From Bugula neritina (taxonomy: Eukaryota; Animalia; Bryozoa), in NCBI GenBank assembly GCA_964035545.1, contig OZ037768.1, positions 17,839,700 to 17,903,699 on the forward strand: a stretch of DNA of 64,000 nt, read 5' to 3'. Every line of letters starts with the position of its first letter. Within the stretch, counting starts at the first letter, position 1. Below are positions 1 through 15,000 of this stretch, in pieces. The notes below the pieces were generated by a model. It searched no databases. It worked only from the letters and a program-made list of their open reading frames with translations, and was not told the origin of the DNA. A program made the translations under genes and the position numbers.

Positions 1-75
1 AGTTGTTTAACGTACTATAAACTACAACCACCAGGCCTACTGTTTTTTTCTATGGTGTACACATCAACATTGCAG

Positions 76-3000
76 ACTCTGCTCCTGGAAGATCACCTGA
101 AAGAGTTGAGACGGTGCATCAGGCCAGGAGCCACCCGACACAACTGGAGCACTCTCGGAGTCTTTGATTTCATTGCTAAATGCAACAACAACATTGGCAA
201 ATTCGAGTCTCTGGTGCACCAGATTCAGAAGAATGCGAATGACATCAAAGAGAGGCTCAACGCCATGGAGTCTACTAACCTGTTTAGAGAGCCGGAGAAG
301 AAATTTGACCAACTGCCAACATGCAAGGTATTGAACAGTATATGTATAACGTGTGAGCTCAATTTGCTCCACATACTTTACCTATAGTCTTGTTAGCAGA
401 GCAGATGCATCATTTCCTGTTCTAATACTACTAGCATCATATTCTCAACTAGACTCTGGCACTTTGTAGGAGCTGTTTGAGTACATCGAGCAGGAGCGTA
501 CCAAAGAGTATGAAAGCTTAGCCTTGAGGTATAAGGCAATTGGTCCTCTTCTCATCAAGATGGAGGGTCTGGTAACACTTTCCAATAGTGGGAAGAATCC
601 TAAGCTACAGCAGTATTATGCCCATTGGGAGAGGAAGATCTATCAGTCAATCACAACAGTACGTACTTCTATAAAGCAACAAATACTACTAATGTCTTTC
701 AAATATAACAAATATTTAAATAAAATTTTCACTTGCAGGTTTGTTTATTTCATATTAGATTAAAAGCTGATGCACATTTGCTTGCTTGTTTTAAATTATA
801 TTAAAACATTACTTATATATAAACTTTACAAGTGAAGTAATAATTTTTATTGCAGATGATAATGAGAAACCTGAAGCATTTCGACGCCACAATATGTGGC
901 AACAGGCCTCTCTTTCAGATTGACACTTTACTAGCAGCTCCGGATGTTGTGCTGAACCCAGCCGCTAACGATGTGTACAAAATGGCGTTGCAAAGTGTTC
1001 GTGACTGCGTGGAAGGGTACGAATTGTCTGTTATACCCGAGTACTATCTTTTAATACTAATATTAAGTATTTACATGTAGTGTTTTTTTATTCATATTAC
1101 CTCTTGGAAAAAAAAATTCAAATCTTTAGATCTATGTGTAATCTGAAGTATTTGATATTATTCAAGTTCTGCTGCGTTTCATGCTAAGATTGCTTTCTTA
1201 TCTGAATGTTATCTTTTATATGATTCAAGAAGTTAAATAAACTCATTTTTTACCAGTAAACTATTTTACGTTGCCATAGTCTTAGTATTTGTATATTGAT
1301 TACCGTTGGTGTTTTAGGACAAAAGTATTTCCACGGTGGATGCACGGCACATGCATAGCGTGTCCTCCACAGAAAGTGGATGGCGAGGACGAACCGTATG
1401 TGTTCAGCTTCTTCACGGACATATCGGTGGATCCCGACGTCATCGAGCAAGTCCAGCATATTCAGACCAACGTGAAGACAACTCTCACTAATCTCACCAA
1501 GTACCTACAAAGATGGAAGAAGTTCAGACAAATCTGGATCTCTGATAAGGTATGCTTAGCAATCTTAAATCCAGTACTTTGTAGCATAATTATTAGATAT
1601 AGTGTACTTTTTTTCTAGAATAAGTTCTGGAATATAATTCGTTTTTATTCTCACACCTATGTAAGGGTTGTAATGCTCCATTATGATATTATGCATGCAC
1701 GATTATACTGTAACCATTATTTACACATGTACTTTGAGATAAGCTAATCTCCAGCCTACTTTGATTCATTTATACACGTTTGATTATTTTGATTACGAAA
1801 TAATTTTAATAACATGTATTTATTTTTGTAGCAAGTGAAAGCAGACAAATGGTTCAGCAAGGAACCCACTATTGTAAACTTTGACGATAAATTTCAACAC
1901 TACCAGAAAATGACAGAAGACATAGAGAAGATGCCACTGACAAAGAACCAAGAGTGCATAACTCTACACATGAGCTCTTTGCAATTTGCTGTCAAAAACC
2001 ATGTTGTGCAGTGGATTAACATTTACGGCAAGATACTTCACACTTCTGCCTCAACTAGTCTCTTCTCTCTCTCTGAGGAAATGCAGGTGAGTAATATAAT
2101 GCGTGGTGTAATAGTTGGCAACATTCCGTACTGCATGTTTGCAATAGGCTTTAGTAACTATTATTAAGTATTGTCAAAATGTTTGAGTATTCATCAAATG
2201 TCCTACAAAGTTATATTACAATTAATGTAAGACAGTTTTAATTAGCTATTGTTATCTGTAGTAATTTTTACACAAAATAATTCTACTGAAACTTTAGGTT
2301 AGTGTCTCCAGTTAATTTCATCGATTATTTTATAAACTGATGTCTTTAGTAAATATGAGACGATAATAATTAGAAATTGTTTGTAGAGAAGAGCAGAAGG
2401 TTTAACTCGAGTTCCAAGTACTCTTGAAGATCTCAAGTTTGTCCTTGGCACTATATCCGAAATTAAGACTTCCTCCCTTGATGTGGAAACTAGCATCAGA
2501 GACATGAGGGAAAGATACAGAGTGCTGGACCACTACAACCTTCCAGTATGTTGATTCAACACACATAATGTTACGCTAAATTTTATATCATATAGGCGTG
2601 CTTGTCAAGTTTTTTCAGTGCTTGCATAACGTATAGGGGAATAAGAATTGTGTATGGAGAATTGTTGAAAATTGGTTGTTTATTTTTTTCAACTTTGTAC
2701 AGCATCTGCTGTTGGCATAGTTTATAGATACATATAATTTTTACATAAAATAAAAATGTTGAAAGAGCATTCATATAATACAGAGCTTTGTGACGTCTTT
2801 ACAGATTCCAGATGCTGAGCAACAGCTGGCTGACAATATATGGGCCAAGTGGGAAGATTTGGTGCTGGACAGTAAGAATGTTGATGCTAGCCTGGTAGTT
2901 GTAAAGAAGAAGTTTACGGAGATCACCACCGTTCAGATCGGAGACTTTGGTGCTGAAGTGCAGAAGTTTCAAGACAAATTTAAGATGTATGGTCCAGGTG

Positions 3001-6000
3001 CTATTGGCAGAGATTTAGATAAAGGTATGACAGATCTGCTTTTTAAAACTCCATAATACTTTTTTTGTTTTATCAAATTTAATTAACATGATTGTTAATA
3101 TATTTGTATAATATTATGTATAGGCATGGAGTTGATGAAGCAGTACAAGGAAGAACTGAGCAAGTACGAGAGTGAGCAGAGAGAGCTCACAAATGCCGAG
3201 AAGTTGTTTGATCTTCCAATAACTCAATACCCTGAACTGTTGGCTGCTCAGAAGGAAATGAAAGCATTGGAACAAATCTATCAAATCTATGATGAGCAGA
3301 AGGTTAATAGCCATTCAATTTATTGCATTGCTCATTTTTCCTTTAAAATAGTTTTTGTACTTGAAGTGCACCTATAATTTTTTCTTACTTGATTTTACAG
3401 AGGTTTTTAATTTACCTATGAGATGTACACTATATTCACCATAATATTTGCTTAAAACAAGATTATTCTTATAGAAAGCAAGAGAGCAGTGGTCAGAAAC
3501 TCTCTGGGCTAACCTCAACGTCAATGTTCTGCAAGATGGAATAGAAAGCTACATGAAGAACCTGAGGCGGCTGCCGCGAGACGTCAAGAACCTGCCTGTA
3601 GCTCGTATGCTTGACGAAATCATGAAAGAGTTTCGGGACTCTTTGCCGCTGTTCATGGATCTGAAACATGAGGCTCTGCGAACCAGACATTGGAATGAAC
3701 TGATGAAAAAGACTGGACAATCCTTTGAAATGAACCCTGACACATTTACATTGGCTAACATCTTCGCTATGGAGCTCAACAGATATAGCGAGACCATTGG
3801 AGAGATTGTGACTGCAGCTACAAAAGAACTCAGCATTGAGAAGGTAACTTTTTACAATCTTTATTGTGTAGCTATCTGTTGCAATATATTGGTGAGGGAT
3901 TAGGTAAAATACTGTAGAAAAGTTGTTCATGACTAGAGTACGCGGTTGCCATCTTGTTACTGTAAAATTTACACATTTATAAGAAATTTTTGAACAGTCA
4001 TCTAATGCTCGTTAAGCACAATGTACCTACATGTAGTCTCTGTTTTTCTTTACTTTTTGGAGTAGCACTCAAATTATATGAGTTTATATTGATAAAATTG
4101 GGTAAAATTTTTATACTAACTTGTAAAGTAGGAAAGAATTGTTGGGCTAAAAAGTAGTAAAACTGCTTTTTTATTGAATTTATTTTTACTGGGCTATTTT
4201 TAATGACTAGGGAGTTAAAGAGGTGGAAGAAACTTGGCAGTCGATGAAGTTTAATGTAGTAAAATACACCAAAGGAACGTCTGACAGAGGGTTTATTCTC
4301 GGAGCGGTTGATGAGATTTTGCAGACCCTTGATGACAACGCCATGAATCTTCAATCAATGTCAGCATCTCGTTTTATTGGTCCTTTCATGAATTCTGTGC
4401 AAAACTGGGAGAAGAGTCTCTCACTGATCAGTGAAGTGCTGGATGTAAGTTTCAATACCAACTTTTTGATCTCCAGGTTTTGCTGTTGAATATACTTCTT
4501 GATCTCCCGGCTTTACTGTTGGAATATGCTAGAAAGGTGATGCTTATATCTTTGTACTGGACAGGTGTGGATGTTGGTGCAGAGGAAGTGGATGTATCTG
4601 GAGGGAATATTCATAGGAGGAGATATCAGATCTCAACTACCTGAGGAGGCCAAGAAGTTTGACCAGATTGACAAGACGTTCAGGACCATAATGAATGAAA
4701 CATTCAAACAGCCCAACATTAAACTAGGTCTGTAGTACGTGTGTTTACAAGATAAATATTTTAAGAAAATAGAAGTTCCAGTAAATATACTACACGTATT
4801 TTAGTAGCTATATTTGTTCAAGCAACATTATAATCATTTTGATTTTGTATTTTAGCTTGTCACGCAAACAATCGTCTCTTGGATCTTGAACACATCAGTG
4901 AAGGTCTGGAAAAGTGTCAGAAGTCGCTAAATGATTACCTGGACTCGAAGCGTAACGCTTTCCCTCGTTTCTTCTTCATATCAGATGACGAGTTGCTGAG
5001 TATTCTGGGTAGCAGTGACCCCGAGTGTGTGCAGGAGCATATGATAAAGGTAAATTCTTTATTTTACTCAACTACAGCTTATACATGTCAGCAAGTTTAG
5101 TCATTTTGCATTTTCTCATAATTGTAACTAAGGTTTGTGATCCTTGAGTAAATAAGACCAAGTTACTTTATAGAAAGTATAATTTTTTATATTTGAATAA
5201 ATAAGCAAATATAAAATGTTTAGCCATTTAATATACTGCTAATGCTAATTTATGCACTAGGGGATTGGTCTGGAATATCATTTTTACTGTAGATTTACTT
5301 TAAGAATAATATTTTGAAAAATTGTAAAAGTACTAAATTTGTTTAATTTTTGTGATTTGCAGATGTTCGACAACATTGCTGCTCTAAAATTCTCTAAGAA
5401 TCAAGCCAACAATGAAGTCACAGCTCTTGGCATGATCTCAGCTGAGAAGGAAGAGATGGAATACAGAGCTACTGTAGCTGCAGAAGGACGAGTTGAGGAT
5501 TGGATGACAGAAGTGTTGAATGAAATGAGACGCACTAATAGGCTGATTACCAAGGAGGCTATTTTCTACTACTGTGCAAATAACAAGACAAGGTAAGGCA
5601 ACTCTGATAGAATTTTATAAATTTTAGTTGAGGATTTCCTGATTTACCAGCTATATTTTTGATGTACTGCAAGTCATATTGAAAACATAATCTGTTTATA
5701 ATTATAAATAGCGCAATGCAAATGGTAAAAAACAGTCTACATTGAAATGCTGTAACCCCTGTACATATGTATTTGTATTACTTTAGAGTCGAATGGATGA
5801 AAATGTACCAAGGTATGGTGGCGCTGGCTGGTAATCAGATTTGGTGGACGTGGGAAGTGGAAGATGTCTTTCACAAAGCCAAGAAAGGCGGGAAGACGGC
5901 TATGAAGGTGCGTGTGTGTGTTTATTATCGCCGTGTATAGGCAGATGTGCTGTTTCTATATTTACAATGATACTGAGTTATAGGCTATTATGCTGATAGT

Positions 6001-9000
6001 ATAGTATGGTTCTCAGAACTGCACTGATTGCATATGGTAGCAATGGAGTTGAAGTGTTTGTTTTCTGCTAGGATTATGCTAAGAAGCTGCACAAGCAGAT
6101 TGGAGATCTGGTAGTGGAGGTGAGATCCCCTCTCAGCAAGAATGACAGAGCGAAGTTCAACTCTGTACTCATCATTGATGTACACGCTCGTGATATAATC
6201 GACTCTTTCGTACGAGACAGGTGAGAAATATATTGTTAGTGGTTGTGGTTTCACATCTAATTGCTCGAGTTCAGAGTCTTTTGGCGCATTTGCAAATACT
6301 CTTTGTTTGAATAAAAAAGCTTTATTAGAAAAAATTTAAATTCTATTTGTACAGTCATATGATAGATAGCCTGCAAATGACATTGGTCTGCAAATGATGT
6401 ATTGATGCATTGCCCAACGTTTGATTTAGGTGCAAAAAAAGTTTTTTCTATATTCTAAGCTCTTTATTTTTCCTTATAAATTCTGGTTTGGGACGCAGAT
6501 TGAAATTCATGCAAGTTCACATAACTTCTTTTGCTACATTTTTCATCTAAAACATAGGCTTTTCCCAATTTCTCTACTGCTGCACCTACCTTTAACATTC
6601 TGAACAATTATTTTAGTATTCTGAATGAGCGTGAGTTTGAGTGGGAGAGTCAGCTGAGGTTCTACTGGGACAAGGAGCCAGACGAGCTGATGGTGAGACA
6701 ATGCACTGGCACCTTCGGCTACGGGTATGAGTACATGGGACTCAATGGCCGTCTGGTCATCACACCTCTTACCGACAGAATCTACCTCACCTTAACCCAG
6801 GCTCTGAGTATGCAGCTGGGTGGTGCACCTGCCGGACCCGCTGGTACTGGTAAAACTGAAACTACAAAGGATTTGGCTAAGGCTCTTGGTCTTCTCTGTG
6901 TTGTCACCAACTGTGGAGAGGGCATGGATTACAAAGTAAGAAGTGCTTATGGTGTTTAGCTGATATACTATTCTTATAACTTCCTATATACATGCTGCAA
7001 ATTAATGTAGGTGCTAAACAGAACATAAATGTTCTCCTAACTTGGACTTATATTACTGTAGGCCGTAGGAAAGATATTTTCTGGACTGTGTCAGTGTGGA
7101 GCCTGGGGCTGTTTTGATGAGTTCAACAGAATTGACGTATCTGTGTTGTCTGTCATCTCCACACAGCTGAGCACCATACGACAGGCTCTCATCATGGAGC
7201 TCACCAGATTTCACGTGCGCTACTAAATGTCTATATCTCTATTCAGTGGCCCTCACTTTCTATAACTAAGATTATATATGACTTCAACATTTGTTAGTCT
7301 GTTCTTAAAGTAATGGAATAGTTCATTTTAAATTAGAAAATGTTGAAGAACTTTTTCAATGAGTTAGTTTATTATTTCAGTTTGAGGGGCAGGAGATAGC
7401 CATCGACAACCGTATGGGTATTTTCATCACAATGAACCCAGGTTATGCTGGACGTACTGAACTGCCGGAGTCTGTGAAAGCTCTCTTCAGACCTGTAGTA
7501 GTAATTGTACCTGACTTGCAGCAGATCTGTGAGATTATGTTGTTCTCTGAGGGCTTCCTCATGGCTAAGGTTAGTACTGAATCTATGAGAAATGTGTTAC
7601 TGTTTTGAGGACAGCCGACTACAACCGCTACACCATAACTTTTGTAAACTATACGTACTACGACTGAAAGTATGTAAGCAGGCTGAAAGCTGTACAACAT
7701 TATTTTCAAGAAGCATATTGAAATATATATTAAAAGACCAGCTTTCAGCCATAAGATAAAATGACTATCATTGAGTGAAGTCTAATGAGATTGATTTTAC
7801 TTTTGCAATGGTCATTTTGTTGAATGACAAAGAGCCTGAATGTTTCATAAAAATGTTAATGTCCTTCTTAATGTAAGTTATATGGTGAAAATAGGCCTAA
7901 TTATCCTTAATTAAATATATTTGACTTAATTCCTCATAAGTCTACCTTAGGCAAGTAACTCGCAAACATACTGTTTATAGATATTGGCCAAGAAGATGAC
8001 TGTGTTGTACAAGTTGGCCAAAGAACAGCTCTCCAAACAATACCATTATGACTTTGGTCTCAGAGCTCTTAAATCTGTCCTCGTTATGGCTGGAGAACTC
8101 AAACGAGGTACATTGTTGTTAAAGTGATATCTGAAGGAGGTTTGAACCATCGTGTTGTGCTCACACTTTAAAATTCAAGACCACTGAGTATTTTATGCTA
8201 AGCTCTTGTTGTTTGAGAACACTTCATAGTTTCTATAAACTGATAAACTCATTGTGCTGCAGAATTGTTATTTGTAATAATAGGGTTTGTTCTAACTATT
8301 CAAGTGTAATAAGTAGTTTCTCAAAGTCCTTATGCTATCTGTCTCCTAAGGTTCCCCTGATCTGCCCGAGGACGTGGTGCTGATGAGAGCTCTAAGAGAT
8401 ATGAATCTGCCGAAGTTTGTGTTTGAGGATGTTCCACTCTTCCTGGGACTGATCCAGGATCTGTTCCCCGGCCTGGACTGCCCTCGAGTCAGATACCCTG
8501 ACTTCAATGATGCTGTCGAGGCTGTCATCCAGGAGAATGGCTACGTGGAACTTGCAGATCAAGTAGGTTCTTTATTGAAATTTTTAAACATTCAAAGTTA
8601 ATGTTTTTTGTTTACATAAACACAATGTTGTCTTATAAAACTTAAATTATTTAATACACTAGAACCCTAACTGTGTCAGAATGTATCATATATATTTTGT
8701 ATAATTATTATATCATTCACTAGATCTAACTGAGCCTTATAAGCTAACTTGTCGGTTGGTTTTCTTAGTAAAGCCATAGGCGTTTATACAACATTTTAGG
8801 CAGTCAGATAGTAAATGCTATTAATTGCCATATCTTGAACTATTTTACAGGTGGACAAAGTGGTGCAGCTGTATGAGACAATGATGACGAGACATACGAC
8901 CATGGTTGTTGGGCCAACTGGGGGAGGTAAATCTGTGGTCATCAACACTCTTGCTCAAGCTCAAATTAAACTTGGGTGTCAAACCAAACTCTACACTATC

Positions 9001-12000
9001 AACCCTAAAGACAGGAGTGTTATTGAGCTGTATGGTAAGTCTTGGTATTGCGCACGATTTAGTCATGGCTAGTAATTTCTTGATCATAGTCTTTTCTTGG
9101 AGATATGTAAGGTTTAATCATTTTAATTTTATTCACAGGTATTCTTGACCCAGCCACGCGTGATTGGACGGATGGTCTATTGTCAAATATCTTCAGAGAA
9201 ATCAACAAACCAACTGATAAAAATGAGAGGAAATACATTGTATTTGATGGAGATGTAGATGCATTGTGGGTGGAGAATATGAACTCCGTGATGGATGACA
9301 ATCGTCTGCTGACACTTGCCAATGGCGAACGTATCCGTCTGCAGAAACATTGTGCTCTTCTCTTTGAGGTTGGTATTGATATCTTTTGGTCAATAAGTTT
9401 TCTTGTAGACATCACCATATCACTATTTAGTATTTAACAATTAATTTCTTGAATTATCTTTATAGGTGTTTGACCTACAATATGCGTCACCCGCCACTGT
9501 GTCTCGCTGTGGTATGGTTTATGTGGATCCTAAGAACTTGGGCTATGAACCTTTCTGGAAGAAGTGGCTCAACACTCGTAATAACAAACAGGAAAAAGAG
9601 TGGCTGAGCCAGCTGTATGACAAGTACGTCATATCCTGCATTGACATGATCATTGAGGGCGTTGTGGACGGCAAACAGGGAGAGAAGATGAAAACCATTA
9701 CTCCTCTAACAAATCTGAACTTGGTATGCAAGACATGATGTATCTGTTAGATAGAAAGTAATAATAATAGATGAGAAATTAGATTACATTATTTATTCCA
9801 GTCTTGTGTAGATTGAGTTTTTCTCATGTGTACAACTCTGATTATAGGTAACTCAGTTGGCTAATATGCTCAATGCTCTGTTGGTAAAAGAGCAGGCGGA
9901 ATTTGAACATCTGCATGCCTTGTTCTTACAATGTCTGTACTGGTCAGCTGGTGGGGCTCTGCTGGAAGATGGTAAAGTCAAGTTTGATAACTACATCAAG
10001 TACATGTGCGGACTTACCCAAGTCGGTGGAAAACGCGCTGGCCCAGGTGATTATATTGCATTACTCTGTAATGTTGTATGAACTGCAAATGCTTTGCTAA
10101 ACATTAGTGATTTAAAATTTTACCCCAATGAATGGTTTGTTTTTTATTATTCTTTGCAGACAGCTTGATGCTTACTGTTTCTTATTCACAGTATATAACA
10201 GTAATAGAAATGAGTTGGTGTAAATTGACTTTATATTTGTGAAAGGAAATTTGAGGATCAGAAATTCGTTCTATTTCTTTCTTAGTATTTTGTGACTATC
10301 TGTATGTCTTCTGAGTCTAATACTGGTTGCATATATTGCAGGTGAGATACCAGATGACAGTTCCCTGTATGAATACTTCTGGGATACAGAAGCTTTAGAA
10401 TGGGTAGCTTGGAAGGATAAAGTACCACAGTACATCCACGATCCTGAAAAACGCTTCCCCGAGATTTTAGTCCCTACTGTGGACACCGTGAGAACAACAT
10501 GGCTGATAGAGAACCAAGTTCGTATCAAGAGACCCGCACTGCTAGTTGGTGAGACTGGCACCAGCAAATCAGCCACCACACAGAACTTTTTGAGAGGTAA
10601 AGTATTTGTAGTCGTGTTTCATCCAGTGTAAAATATGTATTTTGCAGTTTCTCTGAGGGTTCATGGAGTAAAAATCGGCCATAACTTGATGAAGTCGCAT
10701 ATTCAATAATTTTGTGATCACATCTGTAATATTGGTTATAAATTATATTTCCGATACAGGATTGGATAAGGAAGCATACCTGTTGCTACTTGTCAACTTC
10801 TCATCTCGAACCACCTCCATGGATGTGCAGAGAAACTTGGAAGCCAATGTTGAAAAGAGAACAAAAGATACATACGGACCTCCCCCTGGCAAACGTCTGC
10901 TGATATTTGTTGATGACATGAACATGCCTCAAGTGGACACGTATGGAACACAGCAGCCTATTGCTCTGCTCAAGTTGCTCTTGGAGAGAGGAGGTATTTA
11001 TGATCGTGGAAAAGATTTGAACTGGAAAAATTTGAAAGACATCGGATATCTTGCTGCTATGGGTAGAGCTGGAGGTGGAAGGAATGAGACTGATCCCAGA
11101 TTCATCTCACTCTTTTCTGTGTTCAACATGACATTCCCATCAGAAGAGTCTCTCTTCCTCATTTACAACTCTATACTGAAAGGACATCTCCAGCCCTTTG
11201 AGAAAGCACTTAAAGGTAGTTTATTTATTGTAATAGTTTATTTATCTCTTAGCTATTATGTGGTCTAGGGGTTAGAGCGTTTGCCTAGTAAGCACAAAGT
11301 CATAGGTTCAAGCCCGACAAAGGTTATTGGTGATGTTAGGAAGCGCATCCAGTCGTAATTGCTCCTGTGCCCATCTATATAAGTCCTAAGCCCGATTTAA
11401 CAGAAAACCCCTTCCATCAGGGATTTTTTTATTACGTTAATTAAGTATGACCCTAATATCACACAACTCCTGGTAATGTAGTTTTCAACATAATTACTTT
11501 ATAGACATGACAACAGAGTTAACTAGGACTACAATGGAGCTTTATAAGCAGATAGTCCGAGACATGCCGCCTACTCCTAGCAAGTTTCACTACATCTTCA
11601 ACCTGCGAGACCTGAGCAGAATTTACAATGGCCTGTGTTTGAGCACTCCTGACAGGTTTAAGACACCCCAGCAGTTTGTCAGACTTTGGTACAATGAAGT
11701 CAGTCGTGTTATCTGTGACAGACTCATCAGCTCAGCTGATAAGGAACACGTGCATGTGAGTGTGGGAGTTGTCTTACTCTTTCTTTTCTATGCATAATCT
11801 GAGTTAATCAAACTAAGAAGAAAAGAATTGATTATGTAGACATGATTTCATGGCTTTAACTTACAGGGTTTTCACTTTTTTACATCATTGAAAAGTTTAT
11901 GAATTGTATTGTAAAAATATATTTTTAATATAAAAAGAAAAAACTCCAAAATTGATATTCTTGTGGGCATCATTCAACTTCTAATTTTCTGATGCATTGT

Positions 12001-15000
12001 ATGCTTGACAGAATCAATGTAACGTAAACTTGCTAATGATGTAGAGGAAGTTTATTTTGTATGAAAATATATTAGTTGTATTTAAATCAATATTTGTTTT
12101 AAATATAAAATTGTAGGGGCTAATTAAAGCCTTGCTGGATGAGAACTTTGCTAAGGACACAGAGTTTGCCATGAAGGAGCCTATACTGTATGGTGATTAC
12201 AGAAATGCTCTTGAAGAGTCAGAACCAAGGCTATATGAAGATTTGCAGGATTATGATGCTACTAAGGCTTTGTTTACGGAGGTTAGTGTTTTAGCATGTG
12301 ATATTGTAAATTGGATCTTTACTATGTTGATTATTCTATCTTTTTGACAATACATTTAGTACAAATAGACAAAAAAAATTATCATGTATTTTAAAATATG
12401 GCAATGGAATGTTATTAAAACCAGCTAGATGCTATAACCTGTGTACAATCAAGATGTATATCATTCATACTATGGGCATACAATACGCGGCTCTCTACTA
12501 ATCTTTACAGGCTTTTTAATAAGAATTTTATATTATAAGGTTTGATGGTTATATATACATGAAACGTTTTGCATTGCAGATTTTGAGTGAATATAATGAT
12601 AGAAACACGCCTATGAACCTTGTTCTTTTTGATGATGCCCTGGAACATCTTACAAGGATACACAGAGTAATCAGAATGGATCAAGGTCATGCTCTACTTG
12701 TCGGCGTTGGTGGCAGCGGTAAACAGGTGTGTGTTTAACCAGAAAGGTGTGCAGATTAAACTTTGTGGAAATAAAATAGATTCACAATAAGACCAACTAT
12801 GAATAAATGGCAAAAAAGCTTGACTTTTTATTGGATCAGTATTTTCTGTAATTGTGAGATTAAAAATTATTTTATTTTGTAATCTTGTGTAAAAAGTGAC
12901 AAAGTTTTATTGATGTTTGAGAATCGGACTCAATCATTTGTTGCTGTGTATTGTAGTCTTTGACAAAACTGGCTGCATTCACTGCGGATTGTGAAGTGTT
13001 TGAAATCACTCTGTCCAGAGGCTACAATGAGACAAGTTTTAGAGAGGACCTCAAAATTCTCTACAATAAGCTGGGAATAGAAAACAAGAAAGTTGTGTTC
13101 TTGTTCACTGATCAGCATGTGGCAGAGGAAGGTGCGTGTATTATACATGTATTTCTAGTTCTCACTCTTTTGTGCTGCAAAGCATTTTGTTGTAATAAGA
13201 TACCAGATTTGTAATCTCTATTAATCTTTAAAAAGAAGACCGGTTGAACTGCATATATGATGTCTACTTTCTTCAGATTTTGAATTATAGCATTATTTGG
13301 TGAAAATAATATGTTATTATACATTTGTAGCAAAAGAATGCATTGCATACAATATTAGAGTACCTATTTATTTAAAACTGGGTTCAGTTAAATATGGAGA
13401 ATCACATGCAATGATTGTTTATGAAAACAGCTCTAAATATCTGTTGATGAATTTATCAAAATCTCTGCACATGTTTTATAAACTGAGGCAAATGAAACAT
13501 AACTTTTTTCACATCTAGTTCTAAAAAATCCAATCAAGTGCATTCTTTGCTTTATAACCTATGCTTCTACTGTGGATGATATGCTCTTTCATGTGGCTAA
13601 ATTATTTTGAAATATGAAAATATTAGGTTTTTATATTATTAATATCACTTGTATGGGATTATTGGCTAACTATTATATCAGTCATGTACTTGCTATTATT
13701 GGAAAATTTTCTCTGTTGGTGTAATGCTTTATGATTTGTATGTTAGACATATTCAGTGTGCTTGAAAAGCAGCGTAAGTTTGATGTAGTCAATTATTTTG
13801 CATGTAAATATCAACATGGTCACTATCAACTCGCAACACACAGTATTCTATTATTTTTCCCGCCATTTGGTATACCATTCTATCATACAGTAATACGTTA
13901 CACTATATTATGTATGTATTATGTGTATAATGTGCCAGTGAAAGCTTGTCTTGTCCATTCCCATCCCTCTCTCATGTTATATGATTTGCTGATGTATCCC
14001 TCCAGACAGTAAGGTTGCACCAATGATTGTTAAAATATTTCAGCATTTAAAAAAGGAATAGTTTTTCAAAAATTAACATATTACAACTCTTTTTTCCAAC
14101 TAAAATTTTGGAATGCAACTTTTGTACGAGTTGAATAGAATATTGTGTAGTATCTATTCTTTCTTCTGTTCCACTCTAAAAGGTGAAGGTCTTTTCTCTG
14201 TCCTACTCATTGGTTAGGAGTACCATGTACCCGTGTCACGCTAAATCACTGAATTCTCTAACTTGCAGGTTTCCTTGAGCTGATCAACAACATGCTGACT
14301 TCAGGCATGGTTCCTGCGCTCTACCCTGATGATGAAAAGGAGGCTATTATTGGCCAGGTGGGCACAACTCTCTGTTGTAGATTACATTTCTATTTATTGT
14401 ATTATAATTCAACTTCTATTCTTAAAAAATAATTTTACATGCTAAGAAGATAACATTACCAGCTCATTTTAAACACTACATATATAGAAGTGTGATGTAG
14501 CATTCGTAATCAAACCTTGTTGATTCAGTTAGCTATGACGTAAATTGTAGTTATTCAAACAAAACTAGTATTTAACAAACTAGTATTTAATTATAATATC
14601 TGATTTTTGTAAATTTTTCAAATTTATATTCGCAGATGAGAAACGAAGCCACAAAGGCGGGTTCTGCTCCAGCCAGAGAGAGCATCTGGCAGTACTTTGT
14701 CACCAAATGCTCTAACAATTTGCACATAGTGATGGCCATGTCACCAGTTGGTGATACTCTAAGGACCAGGTGCCGTAACTTCCCTGGCATGGTGAACAAT
14801 GCCAGCATTGATTGGTTCTTTCCTTGGCCTGACCAGGCTCTGTTTGCTGTGGCCAGCACCTTCATATCACCAGAGGTAAGGCTAACCACACAACTGTGGT
14901 ATGAGAAGTTATCTTATATATATAGTTACTTCTTCTAGTTGTCTTTCTGCATACAAATTAAGATGTTAGTCAATTATAGCTTGGGGTGTAAATTCTCACA

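Noticed and set aside
14183-14188. Possible 6-nt microexon GTGAAG
   Set aside because: AAG acceptor and weak GTCTTT donor; not distinguishable from chance.
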